From an uncultured delta proteobacterium (GTDB lineage: Bacteria; Desulfobacterota; Binatia; UBA9968): 30,107 nt of DNA. Positions 15,883-26,395 of this stretch are shown here, in pieces. The notes under the pieces were generated by a model that was not told the DNA's origin, did not search any database, and worked only from the letters and a program-made list of their open reading frames with translations. Every line of letters starts with the position of its first letter. Positions within the stretch are counted from its first letter, which is position 1. The translations under genes were made by a program, and so were the position numbers. The stretch is from contig CAWJBB010000086.1 of assembly GCA_963840855.1 (NCBI GenBank), positions 1 through 30,107 on the forward strand, written 5' to 3'.

Positions 15883-17817
15883 TTATGCTTCTCCACTCTC
15901 TTGTGCAACCTCGGCGCGCAGCCGCTCGATAAAAGCATCGAGCGCCATAGGCGGAAGGTTTTCCCCGCCCCGGCGCCGCGGCGCTACGGTGCCGGCGCCA
16001 GCTTCCTTGTCGCCGATAACGACGGCGTAGGGAATCTTAGCCAACTGCGCCTCGCGGATCTTGTAGCCGAGTTTCTCGTTGCGCTCGTCTAATTCCACGC
16101 GCCAGCCCGACTCTTTCAATGCACTATAGACTTTTCGCGCATACTCCAACTGGTGGTCCGTCACCGTAACGATTTTGAGCTGCACCGGCGCAAGCCACAA
16201 CGGAAAGTTACCCGCATAGTGTTCAATCAGAAAGGACATCATCCGTTCCATCGTGCTGATCACGCCGCGGTGAATCATGACGGGCCGCTTGTACTGCCCG
16301 TCTTTATCAACGTACTCCAGCTCGAAGCGTTCGGGAAGATAGAAATCCAGCTGCACCGTCGAGAGCGTTTCGCTGTGACCCAGGACATCGTTCAGTTGCA
16401 CGTCAATTTTAGGTCCATAGTATGCGGCTTCGCCGATCGCTTCTTTGTACGCAACCCCGACTTCGCTCAAAGCCTGGCGCAAATGCTCCTCGGCTTTGTC
16501 CCACATGGCGTCATTATCGACAAAGTTCACCTTGTCCTTGGGATTGCGGAGTGACAACCGGTACCAGTAATCCTTGAAGCCAAACTGTCGATAGACACGC
16601 TCGATCAAGCGCAGGACTCCGACCGCCTCGGATTGAATCTGCTCGGGAAGACAAAAAATATGCGCGTCGTTTAAGGTCATCGCTCTAACCCGCGAAAGCC
16701 CTGAAAGCGCGCCCGAGCGTTCGTAGCGATACATGGTTCCCAGCTCAGCCAACCGCACCGGCAAATCGCGATAACTATGCAGCTCATGCTTGTAGATAAT
16801 GATATGGTGCGGGCAATTCATCGGTCGGAGCACCAGCTGCTCCTTATTTTCAAACTCCATGGGCGGATACATGTTGTCTTTGAAGTGATCCCAATGGCCC
16901 GACTGTCTGTAGAGATCGACGCGCGCTAATTGCGGCGTACTCACATGCTGATATCCCAGGCTGCGCTCGATGTCGACGATATAGCGCTCCAGAATCGAGC
17001 GGATCATCGCTCCTTTGGGGAGCAAGAGAGGCAGCCCGGGGCCAATGGTGTCCGAAATCATGAAAAGGTCAAGCTCCTGACCCAGTTTTCTATGGTCGCG
17101 CTTTTTCGCTTCTTCAAGCAGGCGAAGATGCTCCTTCAGCGCCTCTTTGGTAGGCCACGAAGTGCCGTAAATGCGTTGGAGCATCTCGTTTTTTTCATCG
17201 CCGCGCCAGTACGCTCCGGCGATACTGGTCAACTTGAAGGCCCTGATCGCGCCGGTTGAAGGCACATGGGGCCCGCGGCAGAGATCGATCCAGTCACCCT
17301 GACGGTAGAGTGAGACGGTATCCTCGGCAATGCCCTCGATAATTTCAACTTTGTAGCTCTCGCCCATTTTGCGAAACAGCTCGATGGCCTGGGCGCGGGG
17401 CATCTCTTCGCGTGTAACTCGCAGGTTGGCTTTCACCAATTCTTGCATGCGCTTCTCGATCTGCTCCAACTCTTCCGGCAAAAATGACTGGTCGCGTTTG
17501 AAGTCGTAGTAGAAACCGCTTTCGATGGTCGGGCCGATGGTCACCTGGGTGCCGGGAAAAAGACTTTGCACCGCTTGCGCCATCAGATGGGCGGTGGAAT
17601 GGCGCAAGACATCGAGACCTTCGGCGCTGTCGGCGGGTATCCACTCCAGTACGCAATCGGCGTCGATGACGCGTTGCAAATCCACGACGCGGCCGTCGAT
17701 TTTAGCGGCGATTGCCCCTTTATTGGCGCCGGCGGAAGAAAGCAGTTCGTCGATGCGCGTGCCGCGGCTCACCTCGACGATCTTGCCGCCAGGTAGTGTT
17801 ACGTTGACGTTTTCCAT
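15883..17817 (-). CDS. thrS: Threonine-tRNA ligase
   Basis: TGS domain, RHSTAHLMA, DLCRGPHV, RDHRKLG, RPMNCPHH, YGPKID, IHRG, WLAPVQ. ATG 17817 used because the track extension overlaps the tRNA. Confidence 0.98.
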   Translation of the reverse strand: MENVNVTLPGGKIVEVSRGTRIDELLSSAGANKGAIAAKIDGRVVDLQRVIDADCVLEWIPADSAEGLDVLRHSTAHLMAQAVQSLFPGTQVTIGPTIESGFYYDFKRDQSFLPEELEQIEKRMQELVKANLRVTREEMPRAQAIELFRKMGESYKVEIIEGIAEDTVSLYRQGDWIDLCRGPHVPSTGAIRAFKLTSIAGAYWRGDEKNEMLQRIYGTSWPTKEALKEHLRLLEEAKKRDHRKLGQELDLFMISDTIGPGLPLLLPKGAMIRSILERYIVDIERSLGYQHVSTPQLARVDLYRQSGHWDHFKDNMYPPMEFENKEQLVLRPMNCPHHIIIYKHELHSYRDLPVRLAELGTMYRYERSGALSGLSRVRAMTLNDAHIFCLPEQIQSEAVGVLRLIERVYRQFGFKDYWYRLSLRNPKDKVNFVDNDAMWDKAEEHLRQALSEVGVAYKEAIGEAAYYGPKIDVQLNDVLGHSETLSTVQLDFYLPERFELEYVDKDGQYKRPVMIHRGVISTMERMMSFLIEHYAGNFPLWLAPVQLKIVTVTDHQLEYARKVYSALKESGWRVELDERNEKLGYKIREAQLAKIPYAVVIGDKEAGAGTVAPRRRGGENLPPMALDAFIERLRAEVAQESGEA

Positions 17818-17838
17818 CTCATTGGGTCGGGATTTGAA

Positions 17839-17913
17839 TGGTAGGCACGGGCAGGATTGAACTGCCGACCTCTTCCGTGTCAAGGAAGCGCTCTCCCACT
17901 GAGCTACGTGCCT
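17839..17913 (-). tRNA. tRNA-Val(GAC)
   Basis: AGGCACG TAGCTCAGTGGGAGAGC G CTTCC-TT-GAC-AC-GGAAG AGGTC GGCAG-TTCAATC-CTGCC CGTGCCT ACCA; full cloverleaf with encoded CCA. Confidence 0.97.
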
Positions 17914-18201
17914 GCGACGAGTGAGGGGAAGGCCCAAAACGAATTAAATATCGGTTAACGAAGTACATCCTTTAAGATCTTGGCTGATCTAAGCCGCGCC
18001 CGGCGACGGGCCGTTGGAAGGATCTGCCATACTGGTGCAAGAGTTTGATTTTATTACCAATTTCTCCGCGCGGTGTCAACCTCGTGGATCTCGCTGCGCT
18101 CCCCAAGCGTTCCAGACGATCATGTTCAGCGTGAGACAGGGGTGGAGGCGATTCGACGAAAATTTCGCTATACACGGCGTGATGAATTCCGCTGGCCAAT
18201 T

Positions 18202-19635
18202 TTATCCGCCGTTTTTGCTGAGCGCGTCGAAGAGATGCAATTGGCGAGTCATGCCTTCATCTTCGAAGTGAACCGGGTATTTGCCGGTGAAGCAGGCGTC
18301 GCAGAACCCCTGTTTTTGACCTCTAAAATACGTGTACATGCCCTCCTCGCTCAAGTAGGCCAGGGTGTCCGCTTCGATGTAGCGGCGGATTTCCTCGGCA
18401 GTGCTGGATGAGGCGATCAACTCACCCCGGGTAGGGGTGTCGATGCCGTAATAGCAGGGGCCAGTGGTCGGCGGCGAACTGATGCGCATATGCACTTCCC
18501 GCGCCCCGGCGTCGCGCAGCATGCGGATGATTTTTCGGCTGGTGGTGCCGCGCACGATGGAGTCATCGACGACGATCACGCGCTTGCCTTGGAGCACTTC
18601 CTTTTGCGCGTTGAGTTTGATCTTGACGCCGAAGTGGCGGATCGACTGGGCCGGTTCAATAAACGTCCTTCCCACATAATGGTTACGGATGAGACCGAAC
18701 TCCAGCGGAATCTTCGACTCCTCGGCAAAGCCCATGGCCGCCGGCACGCCGGAGTCCGGCACCGGCGTCACCAGATCGGCGTCCACGCGGCTCTCCCGCG
18801 CCAACTGTCGGCCGAGAGCTTTGCGCACTTGATAGACGCTATGGCCGAATAGATTGCTATCGGGCCGCGCGAAATAAATATACTCGAAGATGCACTTGGC
18901 GTGGGGCGCCGGCGGAAAGGGTTTCAAAGATTCCATGCCGTCGGGACCGAAGACCACGATCTCGCCCGGCTCCACGTCGCGGACGTAGTCGGCTTCGATC
19001 AGGTCCAACGCGCAGGTTTCCGAAGCGACCACGCCGGCGTCTCGGTTCTTGTGGTCTTTGAATCGGCCGAGAACCAGCGGACGAAAGCCATGGGGGTCCC
19101 GCGCCGCAATCATCCGGTCAAGGGTCAGAAACAAGAGCGAATAGGCGCCCCGGGCGCGGCTCAAAGCTTCGACGATGCGGCCCATCAGCGTTGCTTCTCG
19201 CGACGTGGCAATCAAGTGAATGATTACTTCGGTGTCCGAGGTGGACTGGAAAATTGATCCGGCGCGCTCCAGTTCGTCGCGCAGCAATGAGCCATTGACG
19301 AGGTTGCCGTTGTGCGAGATAGCGATGGGACCTTGAGAATATTCAACCACAAAGGGCTGGGCGTTTTTCAAATGGCTCTGGCCCTGAGTGGAGTAACGGT
19401 TATGGCCGATGGCGTTGACGCCTACCAAATGTTTGATTACGTCCTCTTTGAAGACGTCGGCGACGAGGCCCATCTGACGATGCGAGATCAGCCCCCTGCC
19501 ATCCGAGGAAACGATACCGGAGGACTCCTGGCCGCGGTGCTGCAGCGCGTAGAGACCGAGGTAAACCATATTGGCGGCTTCAGGATGTCCGTAGACTCCC
19601 ATCACCGCGCATTCGTCGTGGAACTTATCCGACAT
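18202..19635 (-). CDS. purF: Amidophosphoribosyltransferase
   Basis: Propeptide then catalytic Cys (DECAVMG), [46 protein letters not shown] (Fe-S type). Confidence 0.98.
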   Translation of the reverse strand: MSDKFHDECAVMGVYGHPEAANMVYLGLYALQHRGQESSGIVSSDGRGLISHRQMGLVADVFKEDVIKHLVGVNAIGHNRYSTQGQSHLKNAQPFVVEYSQGPIAISHNGNLVNGSLLRDELERAGSIFQSTSDTEVIIHLIATSREATLMGRIVEALSRARGAYSLLFLTLDRMIAARDPHGFRPLVLGRFKDHKNRDAGVVASETCALDLIEADYVRDVEPGEIVVFGPDGMESLKPFPPAPHAKCIFEYIYFARPDSNLFGHSVYQVRKALGRQLARESRVDADLVTPVPDSGVPAAMGFAEESKIPLEFGLIRNHYVGRTFIEPAQSIRHFGVKIKLNAQKEVLQGKRVIVVDDSIVRGTTSRKIIRMLRDAGAREVHMRISSPPTTGPCYYGIDTPTRGELIASSSTAEEIRRYIEADTLAYLSEEGMYTYFRGQKQGFCDACFTGKYPVHFEDEGMTRQLHLFDALSKNGG

Positions 19636-19654
19636 GGCCGCTATCCGATTGATT

Positions 19655-19709
19655 TGGGTCTAGAGTCTCGAGTCCAGGGTCTCGGGTTAACTTGAAACCC
19701 GAAATTCCC
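19655..19709. repeat. 7-bp tandem array with degenerate inverted arm between purL and purF
   Basis: gggtcta gagtctc gagtcca gggtctc gggtt / aacttga aacccga aattccc. Confidence 0.65.
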
Positions 19710-19710
19710 A

Positions 19711-21945
19711 TCATTTCACCCGGTCCGTAAGCCCGCCCGCCCAAGCCGAGCGCAATTCCTCCACCGGCAAACCGAGCAGCGGTTGAATCGTGAACCGGCT
19801 GCCGCCGACGCTGCCGATCACCTGCAGCGGCACATTATGGCGCGCCGCGATTTCTTTGAGCTCGCCCAGATTTTTCTCCGCCAGCGATACCACGATGCGC
19901 GACTGCGACTCGCTGAAAAGAAGCGCGTCGCCACGAATCATTTCATGGTTCTCGATACGGAGACCCAATGGCTTTTCCGGGCCGATGATAGAGCACTCGG
20001 CGAGAGCCACGCCCAGTCCGCCGTCGGATATATCATGGGCGGAACGAAGCAATCCCTGCTCGATGGCTTCCCGGCAGCAGCCTTGCACGGCTCGTTCCAT
20101 CTTGAGATCGATCCACGGCGGCGTTCCTCGAGTCAGACCATGGACGAGTTTTAAGTATTCGCTGCCACCCAGTTCCTCGCGGGTCCGCCCCAGAAGCACG
20201 ATGAGATCGCCGGCGGACTTGAACCAAGGAGTCATCGCCCATTCAAGCTTATCGAGCACACCGACCATGCCCACTGTCGGCGTCGGATAGATCGGCGTCC
20301 CGTCGGTCTCATTATAGAAACTAACATTGCCGCTCACAACGGGCACGTTCAGGGCGACGCACGCGTCGCGCATACCGTGAATCACATTGGCGAATTGCCA
20401 CATGACCACGGGATTTTCCGGGCTGCCGAAGTTGAGGCAATCGGTGAGTCCGATGGGCCGCGCGCCGACGCAGGACAGATTGCGCGCCGCTTCCGCCACG
20501 GCGATTGCGCCGCCGACATAAGGATCGAGATAACAGTAACGGCTGTTTCCATCCACGGTCAAGGCCAAGCTCTTTTTAGTGCCCTTGATCCGAATCACTG
20601 CGGCATCCGCGCCGGGCGCCACCACGGTGTTGCTGCGAACATAATGATCGTACTGACGAAAGATCCACTCTTTCGATGCGATATTCGGCGATGCCAATAA
20701 CCGCTTCAGCGTCGCCCCCAAATCCTTGGGCTCGGGGATGGCCGCGATATCCAGATGCTGCAGCTGATCCTGGCTCGCCGGACTGGCGGCGGGCCGCTGG
20801 TACACCGGCGCGTCCTTAGTGAGGGCCGCAACCGGAATACGCGCCACCTCGGCGCCGCCGAAGAGCGCGCGGAACTGGCGGTCGTCGGTGACGTGGCCGA
20901 CCACCACGGCGTCGAGATCCCACTTGTCGAAGATCCGCCTGATCTCCTCCTCCGTGCCCTTTCTGGCGACGAGCAACATGCGTTCCTGCGACTCAGAGAG
21001 AAGAATTTCATAGGGCGTCATGCCGGTCTCCCTGAGCGGCACGCGGGAAAGATCCAACTCGATGCCGACGCCGCCCCGCCCCGCCATTTCCGATGACGAG
21101 CTGGTGAGCCCCGCGGCGCCCATGTCCTGGATGCCGATGATGTAATCTTGCTCCATCAGCTCCAGGCAGGCTTCCAGAAGCAACTTTTCGGTGAACGGGT
21201 CGCCTACTTGCACCGTCGGGCGACGCCGTTCTTTCTCCTCGGAGAACGATTCCGAAGCCATCGTCGCGCCGTGGATACCATCGCGCCCGGTCTTGGAACC
21301 AACGTACATAACCGGATTGCCGACTCCTTTGGCAATGCCGGTAAAGATACGCTTGTGCGTGGTGATGCCGAGGGTAAAAGCGTTAACCAGGATATTGGCG
21401 TTGTAGCATTCGTCGAAGTAGCACTCGCCGCCCACCGTGGGCACGCCGACGCAGTTGCCGTAGCCGCCGATGCCCGCCACCACACCGGATAGCAAATATC
21501 CCGTGCGCGGGTGATCGATGGCGCCGAAGCGCAGTGAATTGAGCGAGGCGATGGGCCGCGCGCCCATGGTGAAAATATCCCGGAGAATGCCGCCCACGCC
21601 AGTGGCCGCGCCCTGATAAGGTTCGATAAAGGACGGATGATTGTGGCTTTCCATTTTGAATGCCACGGCCAGTCCGTCACCGATATCGACGACGCCGGCG
21701 TTCTCTCCCGGTCCCTGGAGCACCTGCGGTGCTTCGGTCGGAAGCCGCTTTAAATAATGGCGCGAGCTTTTGTAGCTGCAATGCTCGGACCACATCACCG
21801 AAAAGACCCCCAGCTCGGTATAGTTGGGCGCGCGCCCGAGCAGCTTGACGATCTTCTCGTACTCGTCGGGCGTAAGGCCATGGGCGGCCACAAGCTCGGC
21901 GGTCACCGCCGGTTCAGCGCGAGGGTTTTTCCGCTCCTCACCCAT
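19711..21945 (-). CDS. purL: Phosphoribosylformylglycinamidine synthase subunit PurL (small form)
   Basis: [62 protein letters not shown]; ATG 21945 overlaps the purQ stop. Confidence 0.98.
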   Translation of the reverse strand: MGEERKNPRAEPAVTAELVAAHGLTPDEYEKIVKLLGRAPNYTELGVFSVMWSEHCSYKSSRHYLKRLPTEAPQVLQGPGENAGVVDIGDGLAVAFKMESHNHPSFIEPYQGAATGVGGILRDIFTMGARPIASLNSLRFGAIDHPRTGYLLSGVVAGIGGYGNCVGVPTVGGECYFDECYNANILVNAFTLGITTHKRIFTGIAKGVGNPVMYVGSKTGRDGIHGATMASESFSEEKERRRPTVQVGDPFTEKLLLEACLELMEQDYIIGIQDMGAAGLTSSSSEMAGRGGVGIELDLSRVPLRETGMTPYEILLSESQERMLLVARKGTEEEIRRIFDKWDLDAVVVGHVTDDRQFRALFGGAEVARIPVAALTKDAPVYQRPAASPASQDQLQHLDIAAIPEPKDLGATLKRLLASPNIASKEWIFRQYDHYVRSNTVVAPGADAAVIRIKGTKKSLALTVDGNSRYCYLDPYVGGAIAVAEAARNLSCVGARPIGLTDCLNFGSPENPVVMWQFANVIHGMRDACVALNVPVVSGNVSFYNETDGTPIYPTPTVGMVGVLDKLEWAMTPWFKSAGDLIVLLGRTREELGGSEYLKLVHGLTRGTPPWIDLKMERAVQGCCREAIEQGLLRSAHDISDGGLGVALAECSIIGPEKPLGLRIENHEMIRGDALLFSESQSRIVVSLAEKNLGELKEIAARHNVPLQVIGSVGGSRFTIQPLLGLPVEELRSAWAGGLTDRVK

Positions 21946-22648
21946 GGCGTACCTCGCCTCGGGCACAAGCCGCGGCGATGGAGGAAAAAATCTTAAGCCC
22001 ATCGTCGCTGCCGAGGATTTTGTCACAGGCGTCTTCCGGATGGGGCATCAAGCCGAAGACGTTGCGCGTTTTATTGCAGATGCCCGCGATATTATCGAGC
22101 GAGCCGTTGGGATTGGCGGCCGCCGCCGGTTTACCCTTGGCATCGGCGTAGCGGAGCAGGATTTGCCGGTTACTGCGCAGCTGTTCCAGTGTCACCGCGT
22201 CGGCGTAGTAACAGCCTTCGCCATGCTTGACGGGAATCTTGAGCAACTGGCCCTTTTTGATTTCGCGGGTGAAGGGCGTGTCGGTTTCTTCGACCCGGAG
22301 AGAAACCTGGCGGCAGACAAATTTAAGTCCGGCGTTGCGCACCAGCGCGCCGGGCAACAAGCCGGATTCGCAGAGGATCTGAAAGCCGTTGCAGATGCCT
22401 AACACCAGACCGCCGCGGCGGGCGAAATCGATCACGCCGCCCATCACCGGCGAGAAACGCGCCATGGCGCCGCAGCGGAGATAGTCACCGTAGGAAAAGC
22501 CGCCGGGCAGCACCAGGCAATCGTAGCCGCCCTTAAGGTCGTCTTTGTGCCAGAGAAAGTCGACTTCCTGTTCCATGTCCCGCGCCAGAGAGTCGAAAAC
22601 ATCCTGGTCGTCGCAGGAGCCGGGAAAAACGATTACGCCCCAACGCAT
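21938..22648 (-). CDS. purQ: FGAM synthase glutaminase subunit PurQ
   Basis: [42 protein letters not shown]; SD GAGG before ATG 22648. Confidence 0.97.
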   Translation of the reverse strand: MRWGVIVFPGSCDDQDVFDSLARDMEQEVDFLWHKDDLKGGYDCLVLPGGFSYGDYLRCGAMARFSPVMGGVIDFARRGGLVLGICNGFQILCESGLLPGALVRNAGLKFVCRQVSLRVEETDTPFTREIKKGQLLKIPVKHGEGCYYADAVTLEQLRSNRQILLRYADAKGKPAAAANPNGSLDNIAGICNKTRNVFGLMPHPEDACDKILGSDDGLKIFSSIAAACARGEVRHG

Positions 22649-22709
22649 GGGTTTGCCTCGAGCCAATGCGAAACGAAATTCGATATACCGCAAAAAAATG
22701 CCACGACGG

Positions 22710-22952
22710 TCACTCTTCGATCTCAAACCGGTAGTCCTCGATCACCGGGTTGGCGAGCAACTTATCGCACATCTCGCGGACGCGCGCTTCGGCGGCGGAA
22801 CGCGAGGCGGCTTCGACACCGAACTCCAGATACTTTCCCATTCGGACATCATGGACCTCGCTGTAGCCCAATACGTGGAGGGAACGTTCGATGGCTTTGC
22901 CCTGAGGATCGAGGACGCCCTGTTTGAGCGACACAAAAATTTTAACGCGCAT
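22710..22952 (-). CDS. purS: FGAM synthase subunit PurS
   Basis: [25 protein letters not shown]. Confidence 0.97.
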   Translation of the reverse strand: MRVKIFVSLKQGVLDPQGKAIERSLHVLGYSEVHDVRMGKYLEFGVEAASRSAAEARVREMCDKLLANPVIEDYRFEIEE

Positions 22953-22968
22953 GGACCTTCGCTTTCAA

Positions 22969-23026
22969 GTAGGGGCAGGCCCCCGTGCCTGCCCGAATCA
23001 GGGCGACCACAGGGGGTCGCCCCTAC
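22969..23026. repeat. GTAG-family REP doublet (REPIN/BIME-like)
   Basis: GTAG-GGGCAGGC ccccgt GCCTGCCC ... GGGCGACC acaggg GGTCGCCC-CTAC in inverted arrangement. Confidence 0.85.
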
Positions 23027-23064
23027 ATGGATTCGTCCGTTGAATCAAACTGAACCGCTACTGA

Positions 23065-24357
23065 TTACCCGAACACGCGACGGAATATGACATCGACATT
23101 GGCCAGATGATGCTTCACACCCCACACCGCGTCGACGTCCTTGGCCGATAAATAGCGGCGAATCTCGTTATCTTTAAGCAGGTCCCGCTTGAGGTCGCCG
23201 TCCTCGCGCCCGGCTTTCAAAGCATGGCGCTGCACCATGCGATAGGCGCGGTCGCGGGCAATCCCCTTGTCCACCAGAGCCAGCATAACTCTTTCGGAGA
23301 AAACCGCGCCGCCGCTCATCTCTAGATTGCGCCGCATGTTCTCCGGGTAGACGCACAGATTGCCGAGCATGTAGGTCATTCGGCCAAGCATGAAATCCAG
23401 CGCAATCGTCGCGTCCGGCGCGATCACTCTTTCCACCGAGGAATGGCTAATGTCGCGCTCATGCCAAAGCGCCACATTTTCCAGAGCTGCCTGGGCGTAG
23501 GAGCGCATGAGCCGCGCCAAGCCGGTCACATTTTCCGACAAGATGGGATTGCGCTTATGGGGCATGGCGGACGAACCCTTTTGCCCTTCGGTAAACGGCT
23601 CCTCGGCTTCCTGAACTTCCGTGCGCTGCAAATGGCGCACTTCGAGGGCGAATTTTTCCAGCGAACTCGCGATCACCGCCATGGTGGCGAAGTAGTAAGC
23701 GTGGCGGTCGCGCTGGATGATTTGGTTCGATACCGGCGCCGGTTTGAGTCCGCTCTTCTTGCAAACATAGGCCTCGACCTTGGGTGATATCTGCGCGAAG
23801 GTGCCCACCGCACCGGAAATCTGGCCGACGCAGATCTCCTCCGTGGCTTTTTCCAGGCGCGCTAAATTGCGCGCCATCTCTTGGTACCAAAGCGCCAATT
23901 TAAGACCGAACGTGATCGGCTCGGCGTGGATCCCGTGGGTGCGCCCGATCATCACGGTCCATTTGTATTTGCGCGCCTGGCTGCGGAGCGCTTTCATCAG
24001 GCTCTTGATATCCGCAAAGAGAATCGCGGATGCTTCTTTGAACTGGATCGCCAGCGCCGTGTCCATAACATCGGAAGAGGTCATGCCGACATGGAGGTAG
24101 CGGGCATCGTCGCCGATGGACTCGGCCACGCAACTCAAAAAGGCGATCATCTCATGTTTGACGACGCCTTCGATTTCGCGAATGCGCTTGACGTCGAAGC
24201 GCGCCTTCCTTTTGATGCGCGCGACGGCGGCCTTGGGAACCTTGCCCAGACGGGCCAGGCCTTCGGCCGCGAGGATTTCCACGTCGAGCCACTTCTGGAA
24301 ACTATTTTCCTCGGACCAGATGCGGCCCATTGCCGGCCTGGTGTAACGCGCAATCAT
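23065..24357 (-). CDS. purB: Adenylosuccinate lyase
   Basis: MIARYTR, HVGMTSSDV, GRTHGIHAEP, QKGSSAMPHKRNP, LWHERDISHSSVER. Confidence 0.98.
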   Translation of the reverse strand: MIARYTRPAMGRIWSEENSFQKWLDVEILAAEGLARLGKVPKAAVARIKRKARFDVKRIREIEGVVKHEMIAFLSCVAESIGDDARYLHVGMTSSDVMDTALAIQFKEASAILFADIKSLMKALRSQARKYKWTVMIGRTHGIHAEPITFGLKLALWYQEMARNLARLEKATEEICVGQISGAVGTFAQISPKVEAYVCKKSGLKPAPVSNQIIQRDRHAYYFATMAVIASSLEKFALEVRHLQRTEVQEAEEPFTEGQKGSSAMPHKRNPILSENVTGLARLMRSYAQAALENVALWHERDISHSSVERVIAPDATIALDFMLGRMTYMLGNLCVYPENMRRNLEMSGGAVFSERVMLALVDKGIARDRAYRMVQRHALKAGREDGDLKRDLLKDNEIRRYLSAKDVDAVWGVKHHLANVDVIFRRVFG

Positions 24358-24436
24358 TGGTATTTGGAAATATAAGCATCCCTCGGCTCGAAGCCACAGG
24401 ATTCAATCACGTCGACTGAAAGTCGATTTCCCCTTC

Positions 24437-24544
24437 CGTCTTTCCCGCGAAAGCGGGAATCCAGATTTTCGTGTCTATGCTCCCCTGCCCGCACTGGATG
24501 CCCGACGGAGCCTGCCCTCGACCTGATCGGGGGCGGGCATGACG
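24437..24544. repeat. Palindromic REP-like doublet (CGTC.TTCCCGC..GCGGGAATCCAG / CTGGAT.CCCG..GCGGG.ATGACG)
   Basis: Same architecture as 29888-29992 and 9525-9552. Confidence 0.8.
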
Positions 24545-24575
24545 AATATTCTCGACGCCTGAAGGCTATCGTTCG

Positions 24576-25052
24576 TTAGGTTTTTGAACCTTTGAACTCT
24601 TGAACCGGTTCATCCGTATGCCCGAAGCCCCCGGCCTGACGCTCGGAGTCAGGCAGCTCGGTGACTTCCCGCCACTCGGTCCGAATCACCCGTTGCACGA
24701 CCATTTGGGCGATGCGCTCGCCGCGCTTTATGACGACCGGCTCGCTGCCCAGATTGATGGCGATGACTTGAATCTCGCCGCGGTAGTCGGAATCGATGGT
24801 GCCGGGACTATTCACCAGCGTGAATCCATGCTTCAACGCCAGGCCGCTGCGCGGCCTTATCTGGGCTTCGAAGCCCGGCGGCAAAGCTATGGCGATCCCA
24901 GTAGGAATCAATGCGCGCGCCATGGGCGCCAGCATCAACTCGCCGTCGATATCGGCCAAGAGATCCATTCCAGCAGACCCTGCGGTCATGTAGGCCGGCA
25001 GGGCCATGTCGCCCCGCCGCAGCCGCTTGATTTGAATCTCTACTGTATCCAC
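24576..25052 (-). CDS. dut: dUTP pyrophosphatase
   Basis: [49 protein letters not shown]. Confidence 0.97.
   Translation of the reverse strand: MDTVEIQIKRLRRGDMALPAYMTAGSAGMDLLADIDGELMLAPMARALIPTGIAIALPPGFEAQIRPRSGLALKHGFTLVNSPGTIDSDYRGEIQVIAINLGSEPVVIKRGERIAQMVVQRVIRTEWREVTELPDSERQAGGFGHTDEPVQEFKGSKT
24583..24612. repeat. 8-bp tandem array (TTGAAC core) overlapping the dut 3' end
   Basis: tttgaacc tttgaact cttgaacc ggttca. Confidence 0.7.
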
Positions 25053-25079
25053 CGGCGCTGGGTCCAGACCATGGCGGTC

Positions 25080-26357
25080 TCACACGCCGGCAGCGAGTCC
25101 GTCGAAATCAAAACTGTCCTTGAAATCGCCGAGCAAGGTGAGCGTCGGCGCGCCGGAGCGGAACAGCGAGCGCGCCAGATCGATTACGTCGACGCGGGTC
25201 ACGGCGCGGACGCCCTGACAAATTTCATCGGTAGAAATCGTTTTACCGTAATAAATTTCATTGCGCGCCACATGACTCATCCATGAATCCGTGGACTCCA
25301 GGCCAAGCAGCATGCTTCCCACCAGCTGCCCCTGCGTTCGGCCGAGCTCGTCACCCGTGATCTTGCCATCCGCCAGGCTCTTCAGCTCTTTCAAAATCAA
25401 ATCCACGACCTCACGCGTCGACTCGACGCTGGTGCCCGCGTAGACGCCGAAATAGCCGACATCTCGGTAAGACGACGAAAAAGAATAAACCGAGTAGGCC
25501 TTGCCGCGCTTTTCGCGAATCTCCTGGAACAGGCGCGAGCTCATGCCACCGCCAAGCAGCGTGTTAAGAACATAACCCGCATAGCGCTTCGGATGCGCTT
25601 GCGACAACCCTGGCACGCCCATGCAAAGATGGGCCTGTTCAAGGGTCTTTTGATGGGGAAATACTCCACGGCGGATTTCCGGCTGAGGAATCCCGTCGGG
25701 CAAATCCACATCGGCGCCGCCTCCCGAATCGCCAACCGATCCCAACCTCGCCGCCATCTCAGCTACGATATCGCCGTGGCTCAGATGACCGGCCGCCGCC
25801 ACGATGACCCGGCGCGGCTGGTAGCGCGTGCGGAAAAACTTGAGCAAATCATCGCGGCTGAATCCGTTCACCGACTCCGCGCTGCCGCAGATCGGCCGGC
25901 CGATGGGATGATCCTGAAAAAAATCGACGTTGAAAAGATCATGCACGTAGTCATCCGGCGTGTCCTCGGTCTGGGAGATTTCCTGCAGGATCACCGACCG
26001 CTCGCGCTCGATCTCTTCTTCGTCAAACTTCGAGTGTAAAAAAATGTCGCTTAACAAATCGATGGCCAAAGGCAAGTTTTCATCGAGGACCTTGGCGTAG
26101 TAACAGGTATGTTCCTTGGAGGTGAAGGCGTTGATGACACCGCCCACGGCGTCCATCTCCTCGGCGATGGCGGCGGCGCTGCGCCGTTCGGTGCCTTTGA
26201 AGAGCAGATGTTCGATGAAATGGGAAATACCGTTTTCCCGGCGGGCTTCGTGGCGCGAGCCATTTTCCACCCAGATGCCGAGACTGACCGAGCGAATTTC
26301 CGGCATTTCATGGGAGACGATGCGAATGCCGTTGTCCAGGACGGTTTTGGCAAACAT
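25080..26357 (-). CDS. M16 family zinc metallopeptidase
   Basis: HFIEH (inverted HXXEH), NAFTSKEHTCYY, LGGGMSSRLFQEIREKRG.AYSV. Confidence 0.95.
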   Translation of the reverse strand: MFAKTVLDNGIRIVSHEMPEIRSVSLGIWVENGSRHEARRENGISHFIEHLLFKGTERRSAAAIAEEMDAVGGVINAFTSKEHTCYYAKVLDENLPLAIDLLSDIFLHSKFDEEEIERERSVILQEISQTEDTPDDYVHDLFNVDFFQDHPIGRPICGSAESVNGFSRDDLLKFFRTRYQPRRVIVAAAGHLSHGDIVAEMAARLGSVGDSGGGADVDLPDGIPQPEIRRGVFPHQKTLEQAHLCMGVPGLSQAHPKRYAGYVLNTLLGGGMSSRLFQEIREKRGKAYSVYSFSSSYRDVGYFGVYAGTSVESTREVVDLILKELKSLADGKITGDELGRTQGQLVGSMLLGLESTDSWMSHVARNEIYYGKTISTDEICQGVRAVTRVDVIDLARSLFRSGAPTLTLLGDFKDSFDFDGLAAGV

Positions 26358-26395
26358 TGGAGTTCAGATCGATTGCTCGGCGTTTACTGAGCAAA

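Noticed and set aside
17818-17937. N-terminal extension of ThrS in the ORF track
   Set aside because: Overlaps tRNA-Val; the TGS domain starts at ATG 17817.
17839-18200. tRNA-Val as a prophage or island attachment site
   Set aside because: Flanked by core genes; no integrase and no duplicated tRNA 3' end seen.
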